From positions 32,001 to 96,000 of IMG/VR virus record IMGVR_UViG_3300037485_001282: 64,000 nt of DNA; one strand, given 5' to 3'. The position numbers and the translations under genes were made by a program. Source of the DNA: a virus. Within the stretch, counting starts at the first letter, position 1, and every line of letters begins with the position of its first letter. Of this stretch, positions 39,896-46,826 are shown in pieces. The notes beneath the pieces are model-generated. The model worked only from the letters and a program-made list of their open reading frames with translations, made no database searches and had not been told where the DNA came from.

Positions 39896-40206
39896 TTACT
39901 TCCCCTCAACTTAGCAATTGCGTCCAATTCTTTTTGAGTTAATCCATCTTTACCCAAAGCATCTACTATTTTTTCGTTTATTTTTGACTGTGTTTTAAGA
40001 GTTACTATATCAACTACGGTTGTGCATATTAACCAAACAACCGTTAGTATTGTTAGGTTCAATAATATAGTAGATATATTGTCTCTACCAAACCACATTA
40101 GAAATATTACTACACCAACAGTAACTAATAGTTTCCTAGATAGCCACTTTGGCTGCTCTATTTTCTTTAGGCTATTGAGTGCTTCTTGTAAAGAGTTAAG
40201 ATCCAT
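39892..40206 (-). CDS. Two-TM membrane protein, holin-like
   Basis: WLSRK followed by two hydrophobic helices and a charged tail. Confidence 0.45.
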   Translation of the reverse strand: MDLNSLQEALNSLKKIEQPKWLSRKLLVTVGVVIFLMWFGRDNISTILLNLTILTVVWLICTTVVDIVTLKTQSKINEKIVDALGKDGLTQKELDAIAKLRGSK

Positions 40207-40220
40207 GATATTTTTCCTTA

Positions 40221-40853
40221 TTAAAACTTAAATGAAGTGGAAATGAAAAACAAATTTCTTTCCGAGAAGTTATCTTGAAAGGTAAAGACTTTACCATAAC
40301 CAAGACCAACGTGACTTAATATTTTGTAATCCGAATTAACAAACGGATAAACAGAAAGACCAATTCCTGTTGCCTTTTGTGATAACAGTAAATCTGGAGC
40401 AACATATTCCCCTATCCTAAAGGGAGAGAATCTAACACCATAGTCGAAATTATTTGTGTCTTCTCTTATCTTCGGGCCACAGATATATCCAGCGTACAGC
40501 CCAACATCTAAATCGACATCAACAAGATATTTAGTTTTGTGTAGAGAAATATCATAAACTGGGGACAACTTTCCGTTTTCGTCTTTCATTAAAATATTAT
40601 TAGTTCCGTCACTGTTTTTATCGAAATATACGTTGTTGTCTTTTATTAATAAACTTAAAGTATCGCCAGAATCTAAATGAGTAGCGGTTAGTTTATTATC
40701 TTGCTCTTTGTCCCCAGTTCTGATAAGTTCGAACTTTGTTTTTGTTGGTATGCTATCATACTTCTGGTGCTTTTTAATTGCTTTAGAACCAATAACAATT
40801 AAAAAAACAATAACCAGAAGTATCATACCGATTACTACGAGATTTATCTTCAT
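40221..40853 (-). CDS. Membrane-anchored protein with amphipathic beta-strand C-terminus
   Basis: N-terminal TM helix; alternating beta-strand pattern; ends FFISTSFKF. Confidence 0.55.
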   Translation of the reverse strand: MKINLVVIGMILLVIVFLIVIGSKAIKKHQKYDSIPTKTKFELIRTGDKEQDNKLTATHLDSGDTLSLLIKDNNVYFDKNSDGTNNILMKDENGKLSPVYDISLHKTKYLVDVDLDVGLYAGYICGPKIREDTNNFDYGVRFSPFRIGEYVAPDLLLSQKATGIGLSVYPFVNSDYKILSHVGLGYGKVFTFQDNFSERNLFFISTSFKF

Positions 40854-40899
40854 ATAGTTCCTTAATAAATAAACCCAAGATAGTATTGGGTACTAAAAA

Positions 40900-41856
40900 T
40901 CACTTCGCGTCATCAAAAAGATCATCAATATTAGTAAAATCTATTCCCTCGGGATCCTCGACTGTGTGTGAATTGTCAGCGTCAGTCTGCTCAATCACAT
41001 CAGCAATTCCCTCTGGCTCATCCTTTTCCATGGTTGGTTCGGAGGCATACGTCTTACCTTCAACTGGTCTCTCTGATTGTTCGTTTTGATTTTCCTTTGG
41101 TTTACTTCCACCACCAGTTAATAATGATGTAAGTTTATCTGTTGTTGCGATTTTTTCCTTTATTATACTCTTAATATCTACTATCTGTGAGTGGATTCTT
41201 TCCAACTCTTCTGATTTGGTGGATATTGGGGTTGATTCTCTGGAAAAGAAACAACCTTCGTAATTTGCGTTATCGCCTTTCATCTTAATAACAACATTAA
41301 AATTGAAACCTTCGTTAACATCATAGAAATTAACGCCCTGAACAAACGCTTCCTTCAGTTTTTCCTGAACCTGAATACCATATTCCCAAGTCAATACTTG
41401 TCCTGTTTGGTTTTGATCACCTGCCCGTGGATCAGATACTACCAATACATTCGTGATGTATCGGAACTTGGATCCAAAGTTTCTAGCTTTGGCTTCATCA
41501 GAAGGACCAGCAATATTTTTATTTACCTTATCCCAATATTTTCTAGATTCTAAGCAAAGGGGGCACTTAGCTTCTTTATTGAAATACCAGGGACATACAG
41601 CATAACCCTTCTTACCAGAAGCGGTTTTTGGCATATGGGCCTTGAACTCAAAGTATGGTTCATCTAATCCTTCATTGACGAAGATATTTGGTAGAATTCG
41701 AACGATGAAATTTTCCTTTTGCTTTCCTTTGGGGACAGAAGGGCTGAATTTCTTCGAGGTGTCGGTCTGAGTCTTATCTGACTCAGTTTTGTCAGATTGG
41801 GATCTCATCTTTTGGGCGATTTCTTCGAATCGCGCTTTGGTGCTTTTAAAAGGCAT
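40900..41856 (-). CDS. gp32: Single-stranded DNA-binding protein (gp32-like)
   Basis: VRILP, H..CP...CPLC zinc site, YITNVLVVSDP, G.NF, NY..F, acidic tail IDDLFDD. Confidence 0.9.
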   Translation of the reverse strand: MPFKSTKARFEEIAQKMRSQSDKTESDKTQTDTSKKFSPSVPKGKQKENFIVRILPNIFVNEGLDEPYFEFKAHMPKTASGKKGYAVCPWYFNKEAKCPLCLESRKYWDKVNKNIAGPSDEAKARNFGSKFRYITNVLVVSDPRAGDQNQTGQVLTWEYGIQVQEKLKEAFVQGVNFYDVNEGFNFNVVIKMKGDNANYEGCFFSRESTPISTKSEELERIHSQIVDIKSIIKEKIATTDKLTSLLTGGGSKPKENQNEQSERPVEGKTYASEPTMEKDEPEGIADVIEQTDADNSHTVEDPEGIDFTNIDDLFDDAK

Positions 41857-41892
41857 GTTTATTCTCCTTAAGAATATGTTTGTATGGCACTA

Positions 41893-42189
41893 TTATATTT
41901 TTGTTTTTTTGGATTTCAACTTAAATCTTATGTCGCCGTATTTCGATTTCGCATCGTCAGAAAGTTCTTTTCTAAGTTTTTTATTAAGTTTATTAACTGC
42001 TTCTTTCTCAGTCATTCCGAAAAGATCTTTAATGGCTACTACACTATCCCATATATTAATATGTTTTTCGTGAACCATTCTTTCTATTATTATATTATAT
42101 ATTCTTTTAACTTCAAGGTGCGCTTTATTCGGGGAAATATTTAGGATTTTTCCCAATTGGTCATAGGTTAATTCGTTTTTAATTTGCAT
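41893..42189 (-). CDS. Late transcription coactivator gp33-like, with an N-terminal HTH-like segment
   Basis: V.EK.I..WD.V....F...E......L.K.L.K.L..DA pattern and position next to gene 32. Confidence 0.5.
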   Translation of the reverse strand: MQIKNELTYDQLGKILNISPNKAHLEVKRIYNIIIERMVHEKHINIWDSVVAIKDLFGMTEKEAVNKLNKKLRKELSDDAKSKYGDIRFKLKSKKTKI

Positions 42190-42208
42190 ATAATTTTTCC
42201 TTTTAAAT

Positions 42209-43618
42209 TTATAAACTATCTGTCAAGTCGTCCGAATCAGTCCCGCCTACATGTGGTTCTTTACTTTTAGTTGTATTTTCTTTTGGCTGACTTGATGGTC
42301 TCTGTATTAGGCTTGAATTATTACCAGCATTAATATCGTATAGTCTCATGTGTGGGTAATCGACTCCGATAGTAAATCCAGTTCCATTTTTAGAGAATCT
42401 AGATTTGGCAATGTTAAACCATACTTGATTAAGTTCTTCCATTTCTTTTGTTCTGGAAACCATAATCATCACATCTGCGGTCATTGGAATACCTAACGAG
42501 TCTGATGTTTTTTCTAATCCAATTTCAGCATCAGCATAACCACCTCTATTAACTTGGACAGCACTAAAAATTGGAATATTTAATTTTACTGCTACTGCTC
42601 TAAGTTCTTCGGCAACTGTTTTAAGTTTTCCATAAGTATTGTCCGAAAATCCCTTTCCGTTAGGGATCATTAACCCAATATAGTCTAATGCAATAAACTT
42701 TGGTTTGAATCCATTCTTTTTAACTTCAAGGTCTCTAACTAAAGATAATATTTGATTAGCATTGATCGTTGCTGGGGGATATTCCTTAATTATTAGTTGA
42801 CCAAATGGTTTCCCCTCTTCTTCAGCTAATTTCTTTCTTTCGAGAATACTCATCATTAGTCGCTCTGGATTTACATTAATATCATCCATTGCTGTGTCTG
42901 AAATATTAGCATCAATTCTAGAAGAAAGCATATCTTCGTTTATTTCTAATGATATATACAGCCCGTTTAAACCACTTTCAACATATGATTTGGTTATATG
43001 TCCCAATATTAAAGTTTTACCGACATTAGTTGCCGCGCCAAATATATTTAACGTCTTATTTCTAAACCCACCCCCAACACTTTCATCTAAAGAATAAAGA
43101 CCAGTTTTTAGGATAATATCTGGACTTTTTAATCTGTCCATTCTTTCCTTAATGTCATTAAAATAATCAGTCCCTAGTGTTTCGTCGAAGGAAACATGAG
43201 AAGCATCAATAATTTTCTTAATGGCTTCTTGCTTTTTTCCTTGATCCATTAAATCAACGCAATCTATTAAAGCTAATTCGATACGTTTAGTTTGGATATA
43301 GTCTTTTGTTATCTCAGAAAGCCAGTCATAATAATCTTCTCTATCGAATTTTATTATGCCAACATTATTTAAAAGTTCAAGACAATGAGATAGATATTCT
43401 GGTTTCTTTTCGCAAATCTGAGGAACCGCAATATCACAAAGAATGGCTAACGTTGGTCTCTTAGAATATTTTAGATAATAAAATCTAATTGCCTTGAAAA
43501 TCATATTCATAGGCACTTCTGAGAAAAATCTAGGATCCATCTTATCTACAAATCTCGATAGATAATCATCGAAAGTTATAAGACCTTTTAATATATAAAG
43601 TTCTGTTTTATCTGACAT
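42209..43618 (-). CDS. gp41: Replicative helicase (gp41, DnaB-like)
   Basis: AATNVGKT, YISLE, RIDAN, IIKEYP, LDYIG, AEELR..A, QVNR, K.RF. Confidence 0.95.
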   Translation of the reverse strand: MSDKTELYILKGLITFDDYLSRFVDKMDPRFFSEVPMNMIFKAIRFYYLKYSKRPTLAILCDIAVPQICEKKPEYLSHCLELLNNVGIIKFDREDYYDWLSEITKDYIQTKRIELALIDCVDLMDQGKKQEAIKKIIDASHVSFDETLGTDYFNDIKERMDRLKSPDIILKTGLYSLDESVGGGFRNKTLNIFGAATNVGKTLILGHITKSYVESGLNGLYISLEINEDMLSSRIDANISDTAMDDINVNPERLMMSILERKKLAEEEGKPFGQLIIKEYPPATINANQILSLVRDLEVKKNGFKPKFIALDYIGLMIPNGKGFSDNTYGKLKTVAEELRAVAVKLNIPIFSAVQVNRGGYADAEIGLEKTSDSLGIPMTADVMIMVSRTKEMEELNQVWFNIAKSRFSKNGTGFTIGVDYPHMRLYDINAGNNSSLIQRPSSQPKENTTKSKEPHVGGTDSDDLTDSL

Positions 43619-43628
43619 GTGTTACGGC

Positions 43629-44816
43629 TCACTTATCTGATTCTGCTGAGTCGTTAGTTTCTTCGGTGTCAGAAAGAGAAGCAATTGCCTCATCTATATC
43701 CAAAACGTTACTAAAAGCATATTTATTCTTTGCCTTTTCGTCCATTTCATTGATTATTGGTGCCCAGATTTCTTCGTTCGCTGCCAGATAAATTTGCTTC
43801 TCGAAGAAATTCTTATTTAAATGCTTAACTATCATTCCACGGGAAGATTTTTCAAAAAATCCGAAATTTAGCGCATCGTCAAGCAATCCATACCACTTAT
43901 GTAACCCAAACTTAAAGTGAACTAAAATTTCTCTGCAAGTTCCTTCGGGAACTATTCTATTCTTAGTAGTGGTTGCTTTTATAATAAAGTGAGTAGGAAT
44001 TTTTTCTGTTTCGCCGCTTGCTTGCTTAATTTCTTCTCTTCGCATAAACTTCTTCAAGTTAATAATAGTAGAGCAACAGTAGTTGAATCCTTCACCACCA
44101 GAGAAAACTTCGACAGGTGGGCAATTTGGATTAGCCCCTGGTTGATCATATGTGTGGTTAGTTATTAACATAGCAGCATTATTATATGCAACGCAATTAG
44201 TAAGAACTCTACTTGCTGCTTTTAGTTGCTTGGCTCGAAGACCCATATCCTGAGCAGTCTTTCCTTCGATAGCATCTGCCATTTCCTTCTCGGTACTTAA
44301 GTTACCGAGTGAATCGACAACAATAAACAATTTCTGATCTGGATCAATCTTATGCATTTCAGTTAAAGTATTAACTACTTGTGTCTTAAAGTCATTTACT
44401 GTATTGATTGACTTAAAAGTTACTTCATCAACATTAACACCAAGTCTAGTTAAAAAGTCTCTATCCAGAGAAGATTCAGAGTCAAACACGAAGACCATAT
44501 AGTTTTGCTTCTGTGCCTCTCTCATACAATTAGCACAAATAAAAGATTTACCAACTCCTTTTTTACCAGCCAACCCAGTTATTCGACCATGTGGAATACC
44601 TTTAAAGTAACTTCCAGAAACTAAACCATTAAGCGAATATGATCCAGTTGATATATATTCACTAATTATAGTTAGTTTGGATTCGGAAAAAATCTCAAAT
44701 CCTTGCTTCTTCCCCATAGCAGTCATAAACTTCGCTATGAGTCCTTTCTTTGATGGATTTTCCGAAGATTTACTTACTTCGGTTTCTTCTGTCACTTCTT
44801 TTATTTTTTTAGCCAC
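43629..44816 (-). CDS. uvsX: Recombinase UvsX (RecA-like)
   Basis: STGSYSLN.LVSG, AGKKGVGKS, FDSE, VDSLGNL, NHTY, SGGEG. Confidence 0.93.
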   Translation of the reverse strand: MAKKIKEVTEETEVSKSSENPSKKGLIAKFMTAMGKKQGFEIFSESKLTIISEYISTGSYSLNGLVSGSYFKGIPHGRITGLAGKKGVGKSFICANCMREAQKQNYMVFVFDSESSLDRDFLTRLGVNVDEVTFKSINTVNDFKTQVVNTLTEMHKIDPDQKLFIVVDSLGNLSTEKEMADAIEGKTAQDMGLRAKQLKAASRVLTNCVAYNNAAMLITNHTYDQPGANPNCPPVEVFSGGEGFNYCCSTIINLKKFMRREEIKQASGETEKIPTHFIIKATTTKNRIVPEGTCREILVHFKFGLHKWYGLLDDALNFGFFEKSSRGMIVKHLNKNFFEKQIYLAANEEIWAPIINEMDEKAKNKYAFSNVLDIDEAIASLSDTEETNDSAESDK

Positions 44817-44881
44817 GGTTATTCTCCTTGATGACCTAATTATATCATATTTTTTTCAATTCCAAATACTTTGTTTAAAAT

Positions 44882-44889
44882 TATAAATA
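44882..44889 (+). promoter_or_regulatory. T4-type late promoter
   Basis: Exact TATAAATA 22 nt upstream of the 44912 ATG; GGAG RBS. Confidence 0.72.
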
Positions 44890-44911
44890 CCATTATTAAC
44901 GGAGAAACAAA

Positions 44912-45601
44912 ATGACACAAGAACAAATTAATGAGAGTTTAGCCAATGATATACTTCAATACGAAGAACTTAAAGAAGGTATCTTCAGTAAAATGGGAGA
45001 AATAGGCGCTGGTATCGGTGGAATATTCAGTAACATAAAGAAAAACTTTAAAGATGGACGTAGAGATAAAGTTATAAACAACTTTAAAAATGAAATGACT
45101 AAGGCAATGCAAGCCGATGATTCGAAAGTAAAAAGCTCAATCGAAACATTAAACCAAGCCTTAAATAAAAGAACAGCCGATCTTGAAAAAGTTAAACAAA
45201 ATATTCTAAAAAAATCAGCAAATGATCCACAACTCCAACAAGCACTAAAAGCAGCAATGGACCAAAATACTCAAGATATTAAAAAATTCCAAAATTCTTT
45301 AGCAACTTTCCAAAAAGCAATTACTCCACCAGCACCACAAGCAACTAAAGCACCACAAACTGCTCCAACTCAAGCACCTAAAGCAAAACCAGCTCCTAAA
45401 AACTCTGCTAAAAAGAAACCCCAAGCACCTAAAGTTCCTCCAGTTGCTCCTACTCAACCCCCAGCCGCTCCAGCACCTAAAGCACCTAAAAAATCCACTA
45501 AAAAGAAACCTAAGCCACTCCCAGAAAATAAAAAGCAAATCCTAGAAAATAGTAAGTTGATGCTAGTTTCGGTAAATAAACTCTTAAAGGATCACAAATG
45601 A
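44912..45601 (+). CDS. Late protein with coiled coil and Pro/Ala/Lys-rich tail; putative head internal protein
   Basis: Late promoter, (I/L)xE motifs (INES, LKEG, LPEN, ILEN), histone-H1-like PAK region. Confidence 0.55.
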   Translation: MTQEQINESLANDILQYEELKEGIFSKMGEIGAGIGGIFSNIKKNFKDGRRDKVINNFKNEMTKAMQADDSKVKSSIETLNQALNKRTADLEKVKQNILKKSANDPQLQQALKAAMDQNTQDIKKFQNSLATFQKAITPPAPQATKAPQTAPTQAPKAKPAPKNSAKKKPQAPKVPPVAPTQPPAAPAPKAPKKSTKKKPKPLPENKKQILENSKLMLVSVNKLLKDHK

Positions 45602-46050
45602 ACCCAGAAGAAAAACAAAAGTTTCTTAAAGAATCTAAAAAGATCCTCAAAGCAACTTCTAAGTTAATCGAAAATAAATTTAAAGGAACTCAAAGTTCCG
45701 ATGAAGTTCCTCCTGGTAGAAAGTCACCTAAAGTTTATGGCGATTTCACTATAAATGATGCAATACAGATAATAACTCAAATCAGAAACAAACAAGGAAA
45801 CCCCAAGGCTATAGAGAAAATTTTATATAATATTATGGACTTCTCAGTAAACGGCAACGGTAAGGTTGAGGCGCAACTGCTTAGAACAGAACTAGTTAAT
45901 ACAATAACTGAGTTTAATGCTAATTATTCTTACGCAATTTCTAAATTAACCGAATATATCAAATCAGAGGAATCTTCGAGAGATCTTGATAGCCCAGTAA
46001 CAAAAACAGATAAACGAAGATTTAAAATACCGTCTGGGCCAAGTAAATAA
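45598..46050 (+). CDS. Hypothetical late protein
   Basis: Coupled to the upstream gene; FLKES/LIEN motifs. Confidence 0.6.
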   Translation: MNPEEKQKFLKESKKILKATSKLIENKFKGTQSSDEVPPGRKSPKVYGDFTINDAIQIITQIRNKQGNPKAIEKILYNIMDFSVNGNGKVEAQLLRTELVNTITEFNANYSYAISKLTEYIKSEESSRDLDSPVTKTDKRRFKIPSGPSK

Positions 46051-46094
46051 AATTCGGGTTATTCGAGCATATGTAATTTTATTTCAGTAGCTTA

Positions 46095-46133
46095 TATAAA
46101 TAATATTGACTTTTTTCAAAAACAGGATATAAT
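46095..46133 (+). promoter_or_regulatory. Tandem late (TATAAATA 46095-46102) and sigma70-type (TTGACT-N16-TATAAT 46106-46133) promoters of the tRNA operon
   Basis: Seen directly; the -10 box ends 7 nt before the leader ATG. Confidence 0.75.
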
Positions 46134-46140
46134 AGAAAAC

Positions 46141-46209
46141 ATGAACCAAGTACTATCATTATCATCGTCCAGTTATCTCAGTTCCTATCTCGGAACGGGG
46201 CGAGGGTAA
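46141..46209 (+). CDS. Putative attenuator leader peptide MNQVLSLSSSSYLSSYLGTGRG
   Basis: 22 codons; codons 5-17 are all Ser/Leu/Tyr, matching the downstream tRNAs. Confidence 0.75.
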   Translation: MNQVLSLSSSSYLSSYLGTGRG

Positions 46210-46235
46210 TATTGTAGTTTTCTACAGTAAACTCC

Positions 46236-46271
46236 AAAGCCCCGAATCGAAAGACTCGGGGCTTTTTCTTT
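46236..46271 (+). terminator. Intrinsic terminator (attenuator) upstream of the tRNA array
   Basis: AAAGCCCCGA-a-TC-GAAA-GA-c-TCGGGGCTTT followed by TTCTTT. Confidence 0.88.
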
Positions 46272-46297
46272 GACAAATATATAGGTTAAAATTATAT

Positions 46298-46379
46298 GGG
46301 GATGTGGCGTAATGCAGCCGCGCAAGTCTTAGGAACTTGTACCTTCCATGGTGTGTGGATTCAAGTTCCACCATCCCCA
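46298..46379 (+). tRNA. tRNA-Leu(UAG)
   Basis: GGGGATG/CATCCCC acceptor, CAAGT-CT TAG GA-ACTTG anticodon arm, long V arm, GTGGA-TTCAAGT-TCCAC T arm, A73; CCA not encoded. Confidence 0.92.
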
Positions 46380-46383
46380 CTAC

Positions 46384-46465
46384 GAGTATGTCCCATAGCG
46401 GCAATTGGGAGGCGCTGTAAACGCCTTGGATTTATCCTTCGAAGGTTCGATTCCTTCCATACTCA
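46384..46465 (+). tRNA. tRNA-Tyr(GUA)
   Basis: GAGTATG/CATACTC acceptor, AGGCG-CT GTA AA-CGCCT, V arm, GAAGG-TTCGATT-CCTTC, A73. Confidence 0.92.
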
Positions 46466-46470
46466 TTTTT

Positions 46471-46554
46471 GGATCGTTAAATCATCGGGGATGATCTTTG
46501 CTTGGAAAGCAAATGGAGGATAAAAACCTTGAGTTTCGACTACTCAGCGATCCG
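46471..46554 (+). tRNA. tRNA-Ser(GGA), 8/4 type
   Basis: GGATCGTT/AGCGATCC, D stem ATCATC/GATGAT, TTTGC-TT GGA AA-GCAAA, V arm, GAGT-TTCGACT-ACTC, G73. Confidence 0.85.
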
Positions 46555-46560
46555 TTATCT

Positions 46561-46641
46561 GGAAAACAAAGCAGTCAGGGATTGCCGTCGCCTCGAAAGC
46601 GAATGGACCTTCGGGTTGCGTTTCGAGTACGCTGTTTTCCG
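46561..46641 (+). tRNA. tRNA-Ser(CGA), 8/4 type
   Basis: GGAAAACA/TGTTTTCC, D stem GCAGTC/GATTGC, TCGC-CT CGA AA-GCGA, GACC-TTCG-GGTT V arm, GCGT-TTCGAGT-ACGC, G73. Confidence 0.87.
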
Positions 46642-46644
46642 TTT

Positions 46645-46728
46645 GGAATATCAACTCTACAAGGTAGAGCCTTCTTTGCTAAAGAAGTGGTGCCTAATAA
46701 GCATTTGGGGCAGTACCAAGATATTCCG
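46645..46728 (+). tRNA. tRNA-Ser(GCU), 8/4 type, atypical T loop
   Basis: GGAATATC/GATATTCC, D stem CTCTAC/GTAGAG, CTTCT-TT GCT AA-AGAAG, V arm, TTGG-GGCAGTA-CCAA, G73. Confidence 0.83.
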
Positions 46729-46733
46729 TATTT

Positions 46734-46820
46734 GGCAAGTTAACCAGTCAGGCGATTGGCGCTGTTTTGAAAGCAGAGGGTTCCCGAATAGGGAATGGGT
46801 TTCGATTACTCAGCTTGCCG
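46734..46820 (+). tRNA. tRNA-Ser(UGA), 8/4 type
   Basis: GGCAAGTT/AGCTTGCC, D stem CCAGTC/GATTGG, CTGT-TT TGA AA-GCAG, GTTCCC/GGGAAT V arm, GGGT-TTCGATT-ACTC, G73. Confidence 0.87.
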
Positions 46821-46826
46821 TTATTT

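Noticed and set aside
45320-45520. GCACCTAAA-type repeats as a DNA repeat array or CRISPR
   Set aside because: They are in-frame and irregular, and encode the Pro/Ala/Lys linker. No repeat-spacer array was seen anywhere in the window.
46141-46271. T-box riboswitch as the tRNA leader
   Set aside because: Too short, with no T-box consensus bulge or stem I. The leader-peptide model explains the sequence better.
46270-46298. TTGACA just after the terminator as an independent tRNA promoter
   Set aside because: No good -10 at 15-17 nt (TATATG at 17), and the start site would fall inside tRNA-Leu. It still deserves TSS mapping because it would bypass the attenuator.
46298-46820. Suppressor or selenocysteine tRNAs / stop-codon recoding
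   Set aside because: The anticodons TAG and TGA read CUA and UCA, not stops. There is no CUA or UCA anticodon. Genes end normally at TAG and TGA under code 11.
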